DNA from: Auanema rhodensis | Lineage: Eukaryota; Animalia; Nematoda | Assembly: GCA_964057225.1 (NCBI GenBank) | Contig: OZ059895.1 | Span: 8,494,001 to 8,558,000, forward strand | Direction: 5' to 3' | Length of the DNA stretch: 64,000 nucleotides | Shown: in pieces, positions 1-12,076 of the stretch | How the letters are laid out: each line of letters starts with the position of its first letter | How positions within the stretch are numbered: position 1 is the first letter of the stretch | Made by a program: the position numbers and the translations under genes | The notes under the pieces: model-generated | Databases searched by the model: none | The model's input: only the letters and a program-made list of their open reading frames with translations | What the model was told of the DNA's origin: nothing

Positions 1-458
1 AATGCCAAAGTATTGATTATTCATATTTAGATTAATAACAATATATGAATCATAATGGGTATATTTGTATTCACATTAGCAAACAATAGAAATTTATTTC
101 TTAAGTAATTTCATATTTAAAATCATTTACTTAGCTTTTGTTATAAATTTGTTAAAAAAAAAAGATTAGTATTGATCATCAGGAAATCGGAAATTTTTGA
201 ACAACTGATTGTAAATTCAGAATGAAAACAAATGGTCCAAACATATTCGCACCATGTCGTTAATCTTTATTTTTCATAGTTTAATATGAAATTTAATAGA
301 AAGCGGCATTTTCTATGAAATAGTAAAAGATTAAAATCAAATAACATATAATGAACTTCCTCACCTATGCACATTGTGATAATCTAAGCCAGTTGTTCTA
401 ATAGATTTCGAAGACATTGCTGTTGTTTAAGACGAAATATTAATTTCTTGATTTTCAG

Positions 459-3400
459 GATCATACTCGCCAAGACCGTCGAACATTCAAACATCATACA
501 TTACAAGTTTGTCAGGAAGATGAGAAATGCTCTTCGGTAAGTATGGGGATTGTAATATTATAAATACTTAGATTTTAAAACTGCAGTATATCAACTATTA
601 TTTGAAAAACAACAAGCTTAATAATAATAGAATAATGTGCATTTTCATTTAAATATTCACTTAATCACCATCAGATTATTAGCCAGATCAGCCCAGCTAT
701 ATTGGGTAATGAACAGCAGATTCCAAATGTTCACGCATTGCAACTTTAATATTTGCTTTTCTTATTTGATATGCTGTCATGTGCTGTCTTTCTCAAGCAT
801 CACAGGATCACGTAATCACGTGGATTTGCATATCTTCTGCTGTCTGCCTCTCTCGCTATCTTATGGTTACAATAAGGCTGTCTGTTCCTGACCCATTGTA
901 ACAGATCACAATACTACGTTTAACCAGCATCCTCCCAAAATGGATACATATCTGTCATCATGTCATATAAGGGAAGTGCAAATATCTATGATCCAATGCA
1001 GAATAGCTAAATGAATAGCGAGTATAAACGATTCATAGCTCGAAGAAGGATAAAAATGAGTAATAAGAGTAGAGGGGGTTCAGCATGTAACAGGAAATTA
1101 CCTTAAGTAGAAATAAAAAATAGAAAGTATAACTTAAGAAGATTATATCTATCTATGTATGTATGCACAGATATTACGTATTTATTATAAATGCTTTAAC
1201 AAACAACAATTAACAGATAAGGTCAGGATGAGCACAAGAAGAAGGAGAAGGTATTACAGTTAGCATACCAAAGAGATTAGGATAAATCGCTTTTTACAAA
1301 ATTATTTGTTTTCCTGACTTATTCTTAGCATATCTATGCCATATTCATAGGTTTATGGCATATTTGGATTGTGCCTGCTTGCTAGTATATTCATCGACCC
1401 CTTAACGTTAAGATTTTGCAAATAATGTTTAGCACTTCTGTATTTTAACAATTTCTATATAAGGGATAAAATAAAATAATAAAATGATAGATAATATGAA
1501 GCTTTATAGCTGAAATAGTAAAAATAATGGATTGGAAGAATATTTTGGATTTAAAAACAACGCATTTGTTTATTCATAATTAATCGATTATTTTGACCTC
1601 GATTGGAATAAATTCATTCAATTTCAAAAAACAGGAAATAGCGGTTGTATATAATATTTTCAACATAAAATGATTATCCGTGTATTAATTAAATATTTAT
1701 ATTTCAGTGTCTACTTCCTTGTAAGTATTTTCATTCGCATGATTTCACTACATGTAAAATAGAAGCTTGTCAGGTATTCACTAAATTTTTAGGAAAAAAA
1801 TCTTAATTTATAACAATTATAGACTCAAATTGCAAAAAAAGAATGTGATCGTTCATGTGATTTTCTTCAATATAGTTATATTGAAAAGTTAGGCGATTGC
1901 CCAACAGAAAGCAATTATTCACAATATGTTAGTTATTGAAATATGATTTCTTTAAAAACTTTTATTCTTAAAGGAATGTTCTGCTAGTTGTCACATGGAT
2001 GGTGATTGTTCTGAAACATTAAAATGTTGTTCATATGGCTGTAACCGTCGATGTGTACTACCTTCATATCCTGACAATCTATCGTCAGTTTTGCCCATTC
2101 CTCAAAATTTAACTGTTGAAGAACGGAAAGGAAAGAGGTAATATAAGGGATAAAATAAAATAATAAAATGATGTGCAAATAAATTAGTGTTGTTCACTCA
2201 TAATAATGTTTAGATCAGTCCTGTTAAGATGGGAAATGGGTTCAAATTTAACGCATAGTGTTACGAATTTGTATGTTATTCAGTGGCGATGGAGCTTGCA
2301 TCCTTCTGATTCTTGGACAGAGTGGCAAACAGTTACAACGGTTCAAATTTTAATGACTATATATTTGTAACATTTATTTTATTATTCAGAAATCAAAACC
2401 ATCAGCAATTTTGAAACATCTTGTCTCTGCTGGACGTTATTATCAATTTCGAGTTGCTGCTGTCAATAGTCAAGGCAGTTTAGGTTTTGGCGTTCCCAAT
2501 GAACCATTTAAATTATCCCGAGGTTTCAAAATTTAAGCTTATTATAAATTTAAAAATTAATTTAGAAGTTGAAACTCCGTCTGCACCAAGAGGGTTATCA
2601 TTGGGTGATGTGGAAATGATGAATGGATTATGGAATCAAAAGATTCAATGGACTCAACCTATCAGCGAATTACCTATAAAATCTTATCAGGTTAGTAATT
2701 CTGTGCATGAAAAATAATCTTTGAACCCTGCTTTAGATATTATGGGCACCATCACCCGTCTTAGATGAAGATGCATTTGAAGAATTACTCAAACAAAATT
2801 CTGATTCAGACGACGAAGCTTTCGATGATAAAGCTTGGCTTTTGAATGGAACAGGGTATGCTTTGTTTATATTTAATCTCAACAGTTATTTCATATTATT
2901 CAGAAGCTATCATTTATTTGCTGTACCAGGACACGAAACATTTGCTGAACTTATTGGCCTTTTACCAAATCATTCATATTTTGCGGAGGTTCGTGTTAAC
3001 TTTATGATCTTCTGACTTTATGTTTTTGTTTTAGATTTATGCGGTTGCTGAGTCAGAAAAAGGAGATATTCAAGGAGATAAAAGCATTATATTTTTGAAT
3101 TCTTTGACTAATAGTCAAACGGTATTATTCTCAATTTATAATATTTTTTTGAATTATTTAATTTGTTAGAAAAGTACGGAACCAAGTTTTGCTTCTGAGT
3201 TGAATGTACCTACTGCTGAAATTAAAGAAGAAAGACATGAAATTATAATTGAACCAGCTAACTATGATGGTGGACTTCAAACAACTGTTAGTTGGTGGGA
3301 TTCAAGAATATGTGGTCCAGTTCGAACTAAATACATTGTTCAATTAAAACGAGGAGATTGTCGTGAATATGAGCCCCACCATATTCTAGATAATAAGTAA

Positions 3401-4141
3401 GTTTTTAGATGTTTTTAATTGTATGTTTATGATTATTTAGTTGGAAAGAAACAAAAACTGGCGATTGTGACATGCAATTACAAGGATTATCCTTTGATTG
3501 TGATTATGAAATCTTGGTTACAGACAAGAAAACAGGACAGGTTTGTGACTTATTGAAAAAATGTTTTATCCTATGTTTACAGGCAATCACTAGTCGATTT
3601 GTGACACCTTCCTGCTCTTCTTTGGCAAATGATGCAAAACTGGATTGCTCAGCACTGACTACTCCATTGTTTTGCTCTACTCGACGGCAAACTGTAATTT
3701 GCCACTGGTCTCGCCGATTGGATGATACTACGGAGAATACTGAGGAAAAGAGTAATACGATTGTGGGCTATCGAATTCTGCTGACTTCATCAGCTCAAAG
3801 TCTGAGCAATATCACTATAAATCCTCCTCACTTGCGGGAAGTTCGCTATGAGAAGCTGAAACCATTCGAAGTGTACACAGTAGAGGTTTGTTAATCTTCG
3901 TCGCTTTCGTCATTAATTTATTTTATTGAAGGTTCAATCAATAACGAATCGTGGATTCGGTCGCACTGCATCGGTCAACTTTGTTGCATCATTTGAACAT
4001 TTCTCTAATAACGAGATTATGCAATTCCCCGATGGTCATATGATCGAACTACCTTTGTCGTCATATTCATCATATAGTTATTTCAAATTATATATATTGA
4101 CTATTATTGTTGTTATTAATATAATAAACAACATGTCATAG
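459..4141 (+). CDS. kal-1: Anosmin/KAL-1 homologue (Cys-rich, WAP and FN3 domains, hydrophobic C-terminus), 5'-partial, multi-exon
   Basis: Spliced exons give CLLPCK...ECDRSCDF, a WAP motif ECSASCHMDGDCSETLKCCSYGCNRRC (from 1974), FN3 motifs (YVIQWRW, YYQFRVAAVNSQGSLG, YTVEVQSITNRGFG) and a hydrophobic tail ending in TAG at 4139-4141. The first recognised exon starts at 459; the start codon lies upstream. Confidence 0.88.
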
Positions 4142-4940
4142 TTGCTTATCAATGTGAACTCTTAAGCAGGTGGCACCTCTTCCTTAGCTTAAAGGATAAG
4201 CTCCTCTGATAGTTATGCAATGATTGTGCAACCCTTTGAATAGAGATCCCCAACCAGTTTCATTGACATTTCACATCTTTGAAATATTCACTTCGCTCAT
4301 CAGAGTTCTCTAATTTTTTGAAAATTTCACGTACATCTTAAGATCATCACTATTTATAGATACAAACAAATCTAATCAGTCAGGTCATGCTCCTGGCATC
4401 ACCAAGTTTACGTTTGAGCGGGTTTCATTAGGTTAAATGTTTCAATAATATTTTGTGTTTTATTTCATATTAATATATATAATGTTACTTTTATGTTTTT
4501 CTTTTCTTTTATCTTAAATCATTCCTTTCTTCATTTGTCAAACCTCTGTTTGATATTCTTTAATATATTCACGGGTACTACAATATCTTTAATATTCCAT
4601 CATATTGTATATTTTTCTTAATAATATTCATCTTAATTTTATTTATTTTTATGTGTAAAGCTAAGAAAATTGAATAAAAATTGATATAAATCATATATAA
4701 TTATGTACATTTACTTTCAATATTCTGAAAAACGATACATAGTTCATACACTAACACTTAAAATTCGTCTATCCTCCCTCTTTAGAGCTGATAAGAATTA
4801 TTAAGAGCTATTGATCAAATGCTATCCTATATAATTCATGGTTTCATAGATAAAATTTATTAATTTTATATAAAATTCACGAATTCTTGTATTATTCTCA
4901 TCTTTTTCAGTTTAAACAATAACTTTTCAATCTGAACAGT

Positions 4941-7377
4941 ATGGTCAAGGTTTGTGTTATCGGTGCAGGTGCTGCTGGAATTACTGCAGCTAAGCAAGCT
5001 ATTAACTTTGGTTTTGATGTTAGTATAATTAATAAGATTATACTATCTTAAGCTTGAAATATATTAATAAAACTTCTATTTTAGGTAATAGTTTATGAAC
5101 AAACAGATCAAGTAGGAGGAACATGGGTTTATGATCCAGAACTTACTGCTCATTCAGCTATGTATGAAGTATTATTGTATGTTTAAAATATTTGAAAATC
5201 AAATAATTTTCAAATCTTTTAGAACCAATTCACCAAAAGAAGTAATGAATTATCATGATCAAGATATACAAAAAACATTACCATCATTCATTGGACATGA
5301 AGACATGTTGAACTATTTGATTGATTATGCCAAAGATCTTCCAATTCAATTAGAACATCGTGTTGATTCTGTTGTTCGAGAGGAAAATACATGGAAGGTA
5401 AATAATTTTTTATGAATTATTCTATTAATTATAATAACTTTAAACTAATTATATGTTCTATTATCAAAAAATATTTTAGGTTACTGTTTATCATGCTGGA
5501 AAGAGTGAAACAATTGATTTTGATGTTGTCATGGTATGCAATGGTCACTATTTTTGTCCAAAATATACATTTCCATATGAGAACTTCAATGGTATTTTGG
5601 TTTTAACATAATAATAATAAATAAGAATATTAGGCGCTTTTTCTGTATCTATACGTGAAGAGCGTACTTTTGCGTAGCCCCGCCCCTTTTGCCGTTTGGC
5701 ACTTAATCTTGTTAAAATGTGATAACTATATGAGCTACTAAGGTATCCAGATATCCAGAAATCATTCATTTTTGGTTAAAATTTCCCTTCCATTGTCTTT
5801 TCTGGTACATCTCCACTTATTTCGAGCAACGGAATGACTTATTTGAGGTGTACATCTGTCTTATTCTTTAGTTTCAGGGATTATACCCTTCTCTTGAAAA
5901 AATTGAATGGCATCAGCTTCAGTACGAAGTCGTCCTTTTTAGAGCAAACATTTAGGCGAAATACTGTTGATAATGCAGATGCAATGACCAATAATGATTT
6001 AGTTTTCATATCATAACATTCAAGTTTTATTTTACTTATTATAGCCAATTACCCCGAAACTTTACAGAAGCGTCTGACGGGAGGGAATCCGAATGGGTGA
6101 ATAGTATGCGCCTGACGGCAAAAGGGGTGGGGCTAAAAACGGGTGGCATAGATACGGAAAAAGAACCGAGTATTATTATTATTAATAGGAAAAGTTGTTC
6201 ACAGTAAAGATTATCGAAGAGCTGGAGACTTTATTGATGAACGAATTGTTGTTGTGGGATCAGGTCCATCTGGTATTGATATAGCTTTACAATTATCTAC
6301 AACAGCTCGAGAAGTCAGTTGTTTGAAATACTAAAAATTTAACGAAATAAAAATGATTTTTAGGTTTATTTGGTTGGAAGATTTGCAGAATTTGAAGGAC
6401 TACCAAATAATTTGACGCAATGTCTAACGAAAATTACAGGTAGATCAGAAACTATTAAAATCTTTATTAAGTCATGTTGCTTTTCATTTACATCTAATTC
6501 GATTTATTCATTAAAATTTTACAGAAGCGTCTGATAATCGTGTAATACTAACAGATGGAAATAGAATCGAGAATGTTGATAGCGTAATATCATGCACAGG
6601 ATATGAAATGAAGGTGAAAACTGATCCCAAAATCAATTTTAATTAAATAATTAAATTATAAAACTTTAAATATATACAACTACATGAATGATCATATATG
6701 TTCTCGAATGATCATTGAGATTGGTTTTAGTTTCCATTCTTATCGGATGATCTTGTACAAGTTACTCACGATGGTATGATGGTTAGCCCTTTATGGAACC
6801 ATGTCGTTCATGTCAAATATCCAACAAGTCTTTTCTTCGTAGGTTAGTTAGAATTCAATGAAATAAGAAGAAGGGAAGAAATATAAAATTAATAATTTAG
6901 GAATAAGTTTAGTAAGTGTTACATTACCTTTGTTTGAATATCAAGCACGTCTTGCATTATCATTTATAAATGGGACTGGAATCATTCCAAGTCAGGAAGA
7001 ATTAGAAAATTTTGAAAAGAAAAGACTCGAGTAAGTATTATACAACATAAAAATATTAAAATATCTTTGTACATATAGTAAATAATATTATTTAAGAGAT
7101 TTAATTAAAAGAGGAATGGATGGTAAGGCTTATCATTTGATGAAAGATGATCAATGGGATTATCTTTATGATCTCGCCAAATATGGACAATTTGAACATT
7201 TTACTAATGTTGAGGCAAATTTTAATTTTATAATTTTAAATTTAAATATTGTTTTTTCAGTTTATAAGAGGAATTTATAATTATCTGATTAGCATGCGGA
7301 AAAACATTACAACATATAAAAAAATAAATTTTATAGTTGATGACGAAAAAACTAGTTTTGATATTGTACCCCTATAA
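4941..7377 (+). CDS. Flavin-containing monooxygenase, paralogue A, multi-exon
   Basis: FAD motif MVKVCVIGAGAAG, EQTDQVGGTW, TNSPKEVM, VMVCNGH, FMO motif HSKDYR, NADPH motif VVVGSGPSGIDI, and CTGY. Stop TAA at 7375-7377. Confidence 0.92.
5633..6167 (-). mobile_element. Non-autonomous Merlin (IS1595/ISXO2-related) DNA transposon derivative in an FMO-A intron
   Basis: Absent from the same intron of FMO-B (empty site near 10693). 8-bp target duplication GAATATTA (5625-5632) / GAGTATTA (6168-6175). GG...CC ends with imperfect TIRs (CTTTTTCYGTATCTAT; TAGCCCCRCCCCTTTTGCCGT). Minus-strand remnant RLRTEADAIQFFQEKGIIPETKE* ... RNKWRCTRK resembles Merlin transposase N-termini (recognised from memory). 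Confidence 0.8.
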
Positions 7378-8048
7378 GTAATCCGTGAGGAATATGATGA
7401 TGTTGAAGACAACGATGGCATAGATTATGATGATGATGATGCTGCTGTTACTTATGCTGCTGAAGATGCAGACAACGACAACATAACCTCTGTAGCCACT
7501 ATGATGATTCTAAGATTACATTGTACTAACGGCAGCTATGTTGTTTCACTAGATATTCCATGTAGATGAGGTTATAATCACCGTCATTTTCATCTTTTTC
7601 TATTTTCTTTCTTATTTTCTATTTCTCTAATAAATTGTTTAATTATGTTCTTTTTTCCCATTTTTATCTTACTATATGATGTTTAATTCCTATACAGATT
7701 GACACACACCCTCCCACCCTTATATACACCTCTAATGTACAACCAGCTGGCTTTAATATGTTATTTGGTTGGCAGGCTAGAATTAGTCAAATATTATTTT
7801 TTCCCAAAATTTTCAGTCATTACGAAAATATTTTTTTTCCAATTGTTCCACTACCACTAAACCATTTTAACTTTTATTTTTTCTTGAAATCGATCGATAA
7901 TCGAAAATGAGTGTGAATCAGAGAGAGAGAGACAGAGAGAGAGACAGAGAGTAGAAACAGCGGCTCAAATAATTTATTCATATTTCAAAATTACGTAAAC
8001 GAATCGTTTTAATTATTTTGATCTTGTTTTTATATATTTTCCTTTAAG

Positions 8049-9209
8049 CCTTTGAGAGGAAAAGAAAATAGAGATATTCATGTGATTGATATTTGTGATG
8101 ATAGCTTTTTACATAAAGATGATTATAAAGAAACAAAAAATCCTAAACTAAGCATTATATTTTTGAATTCTTTGACTAATAGTCAAACGGTATTATTCTC
8201 AATTTATAATATTTTTTTGAATTATTTAATTTGTTAGAAAAGTACGGAACCAAGTTTTGCTTCTGAGTTGAATGTACCTACTGCTGAAATTAAAGAAGAA
8301 AGACATGAAATTATAATTGAACCAGCTAACTATGATGGTGGACTTCAAACAACTGGTAGTTGGTGGGATTCAAGAATATGTGGTCCAGTTCGAACTAAAT
8401 ACATTGTTCAATTAAAACGAGGAGATTGTCGTGAATATGAGCCCCACCATATTCTAGATAATAAGTAAGTTTTTAGATGTTTTTAATTGTATGTTTATGA
8501 TTATTTAGTTGGAAAGAAACAAAAACTGGCGATTGTGACATGCAATTACAAGGATTATCCTTTGATTGTGATTATGAAATCTTGGTTACAGACAAGAAAA
8601 CAGGACAGGTTTGTGACTTATTGAAAAAATGTTTTATCCTATGTTTACAGGCAATCACTAGTCGATTTGTGACACCTTCCTGCTCTTCTTTGGCAAATGA
8701 TGCAAAACTGGATTGCTCAGCACTGACTACTCCATTGTTTTGCTCTACTCGACGGCAAACTGTAATTTGCCACTGGTCTCGCCGATTGGATGATACTACG
8801 GAGAATACTGAGGAAAAGAGTAATACGATTGTGGGCTATCGAATTCTGCTGACTTCATCAGCTCAAAGTCTGAGCAATATCACTATAAATCCTCCTCACT
8901 TGCGGGAAGTTCGCTATGAGAAGCTGAAACCATTCGAAGTGTACACAGTAGAGGTTTGTTAATCTTCGTCGCTTTCGTCATTAATTTATTTTATTGAAGG
9001 TTCAATCAATAACGAATCGTGGATTCGGTCGCACTGCATCGGTCAACTTTGTTGCATCATTTGAACATTTCTCTAATAACGAGATTATGCAATTCCCCGA
9101 TGGTCATATGATCGAACTACCTTTGTCGTCATATTCATCATATAGTTATTTCAAATTATATATATTGACTATTATTGTTGTTATTAATATAATAAACAAC
9201 ATGTCATAG
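8049..9209 (+). pseudogene. PITP::kal-1 chimeric partial gene (hybrid exon plus duplicated kal-1 3' exons)
   Basis: Exon 8049-8189 begins with PITP sequence (PLRGKENRDIHVIDICDD...) and continues in frame into kal-1 (SIIFLNSLTNSQT). The downstream kal-1 exons are intact, with one V>G change. No upstream start exon was found. Confidence 0.8.
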
Positions 9210-10008
9210 TTGCTTATCAATGTGAACTCTTAAGCAGGTGGCACCTCTTCCTTAGCTTAAAGGATAAGCTCCTCTGATAGTTATGCAATGATTGTGCAAC
9301 CCTTTGAATAGAGATCCCCAACCAGTTTCATTGACATTTCACATCTTTGAAATATTCACTTCGCTCATCAGAGTTCTCTAATTTTTTGAAAATTTCACGT
9401 ACATCTTAAGATCATCACTATTTATAGATACAAACAAATCTAATCAGTCAGGTCATGCTCCTGGCATCACCAAGTTTACGTTTGAGCGGGTTTCATTAGG
9501 TTAAATGTTTCAATAATATTTTGTGTTTTATTTCATATTAATATATATAATGTTACTTTTATGTTTTTCTTTTCTTTTATCTTAAATCATTCCTTTCTTC
9601 ATTTGTCAAACCTCTGTTTGATATTCTTTAATATATTCACGGGTACTACAATATCTTTAATATTCCATCATATTGTATATTTTTCTTAATAATATTCATC
9701 TTAATTTTATTTATTTTTATGTGTAAAGCTAAGAAAATTGAATAAAAATTGATATAAATCATATATAATTATGTACATTTACTTTCAATATTCTGAAAAA
9801 CGATACATAGTTCATACACTAACACTTAAAATTCGTCTATCCTCCCTCTTTAGAGCTGATAAGAATTATTAAGAGCTATTGATCAAATGCTATCCTATAT
9901 AATTCATGGTTTCATAGATAAAATTTATTAATTTTATATAAAATTCACGAATTCTTGTATTATTCTCATCTTTTTCAGTTTAAACAATAACTTTTCAATC
10001 TGAACAGT

Positions 10009-12076
10009 ATGGTCAAGGTTTGTGTTATCGGTGCAGGTGCTGCTGGAATTACTGCAGCTAAGCAAGCTATTAACTTTGGTTTTGATGTTAGTATAATTAA
10101 TAAGATTATACTATCTTAAGCTTGAAATATATTAATAAAACTTCTATTTTAGGTAATAGTTTATGAACAAACAGATCAAGTAGGAGGAACATGGGTTTAT
10201 GATCCAGAACTTACTGCTCATTCAGCTATGTATGAAGTATTATTGTATGTTTAAAATATTTGAAAATTAAATAATTTTCAAATCTTTTAGAACCAATTTA
10301 CCAAAAGAAGTAATGAATTATCATGATCAAGATATACAAAAAACATTACCATCATTCATTGGACATGAAGACATGTTGAACTATTTGATTGATTATGCCA
10401 AAGATCTTCCAATTCAATTAGAACATCGTGTTGATTCTGTTGTTCGAGAGGAAAATACATGGAAGGTAAATCATTTTTTATGAATTATTCTATTAATTAT
10501 AATAACTTTAAACTAATTATATGTTCTATTATCAAAAAATATTTTAGGTTACTGTTTATCATGCTGGAAAGAGTGAAACAATTGATTTTGATGTTGTCAT
10601 GGTATGCAATGGTCACTATTTTTGTCCAAAATATACATTTCCATATGAGAACTTCAATGGTATTTTGGTTTTAACATAATAATAATAAATAAGAATATTA
10701 TTATCAATAGGAAAAGTTGTTCACAGTAAAGATTATCGGAGAGCTGGAGATTTCATTGATGAACGAATTGTTGTTGTGGGATCAGGTCCATCTGGTATAG
10801 ATATAGCTTTACAATTATCTAAAGTAGCTCGAGAAGTCAGTTGTTTGAAATACTAAAAGTTTAACGGGGGCAGATATTGTTTCGCCCACTCTCCCCCAAA
10901 CAGATTATCATTAGAGCGCATGCGTTTTTTTAGAGCACTCTCTAGTTTATGTGAAGCTGATGCGAGCCCAAAATGTTAAGCGCGCGCTCTAATGTTAACT
11001 CTCTGATGATTGGGGAAGGGAGAGGGTGAAACGCCGTTTAATGAAATAAAAATGATTTTTAGGTTTATTTGGTTGGAAGATTTGCAGAATTTGAAGGACT
11101 ACCAAATAATTTGACGCAATATCAAACGAAAATTACAGGTAGATAAGAAACTATTAAAATCTTTATTAAGTCATGTTGCTTTTCATTTACATCTAATTCG
11201 ATTTATTCATTAAAATTTTACAGAAGCGTCTGATAATCGTGTAATACTAACAGATGGAAATAGAATCGAGAATGTTGATAGCGTAATAGCATGCACAGGA
11301 TATGAAATGAAGGTGAAAACTGATCCCAAAATCAATTTTAATTAAATAATTAAATTATAAAACTTTAAATATATACAACTACATGAATGATCATATATGT
11401 TCTCGAATGATCATTGAGATTGGTTTTAGTTTCCATTCTTATCGGATGATCTTGTACAAGTTACTCACGATGGTATGATGGTTAGCCCTTTATGGAACCA
11501 TGTCGTTCATGTCAAATATCCAACAAGTCTTTTCTTCGTAGGTTAGTTAGAATTCAATGAAATAAGAAGAAGGGAAGAAATATAAAATTAATAATTTAGG
11601 AATAAGTTTAGTAGCTGTTACATTACCTTTGTTTGAATATCAAGCACGTCTTGCATTATCATTTATAAATGGGACTGGAATCATTCCAAGTCAGGAAGAA
11701 TTAGAAAATTTTGAAAAGAAAAGACTCGAGTAAGTATTATACAACATAAAAATATTAAAATATCTTTGTACATATAGTAAATAATATTATTTAAGAGATT
11801 TAATTAAAAGAGGAATGGATGGTAAGGCTTATCATTTGTTGAAAGATGATCAATGGGATTATCTTAATGATCTCACCAAATATGGACAATTTGAACATTT
11901 AACTAATCTTGAGGCAAATTATAATTTTATAATTTTAAATTTAAATATTGTTTTTTCAGTTTATAAGAGGAATTTATAATTATCTGTTTAGCATGCGGAA
12001 AAACATTACAACATATAAAAAAATAAATTTTATAGTTGATGACGAAAAAACTAGTTTTGATATTGTACCCCTATAA
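10009..12076 (+). CDS. Flavin-containing monooxygenase, paralogue B, multi-exon
   Basis: Same exon structure as paralogue A with canonical TNLPKEVM. The last intron is GC-AG (11914-11959). Stop TAA at 12074-12076. Confidence 0.92.
10867..11035. mobile_element. 169-bp MITE with 8-bp TSD and GG...CC ends (Merlin-like) in an FMO-B intron
   Basis: Absent from FMO-A (empty site ATTTAACG near 6337). TSD GTTTAACG (10859-10866) / GTTTAATG (11036-11043). Inverted arms GTTTCGCCCACTCTCCCC / GGGAGAGGGTGAAAC and CATTAGAGCGC / GCGCTCTAATG. Confidence 0.8.

Larger units (their letters stand above)
3082..8147 (+). repeat. Tandem segmental duplication, copy 1 (kal-1 3' part, FMO, deleted PITP remnant)
   Basis: Sequence from 3082 matches sequence from 8150 at offset 5068. 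Positions 8033-8147 match PITP 14893-15005. This copy lacks 12273-12580 and most of 12975-14890. Confidence 0.93.
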
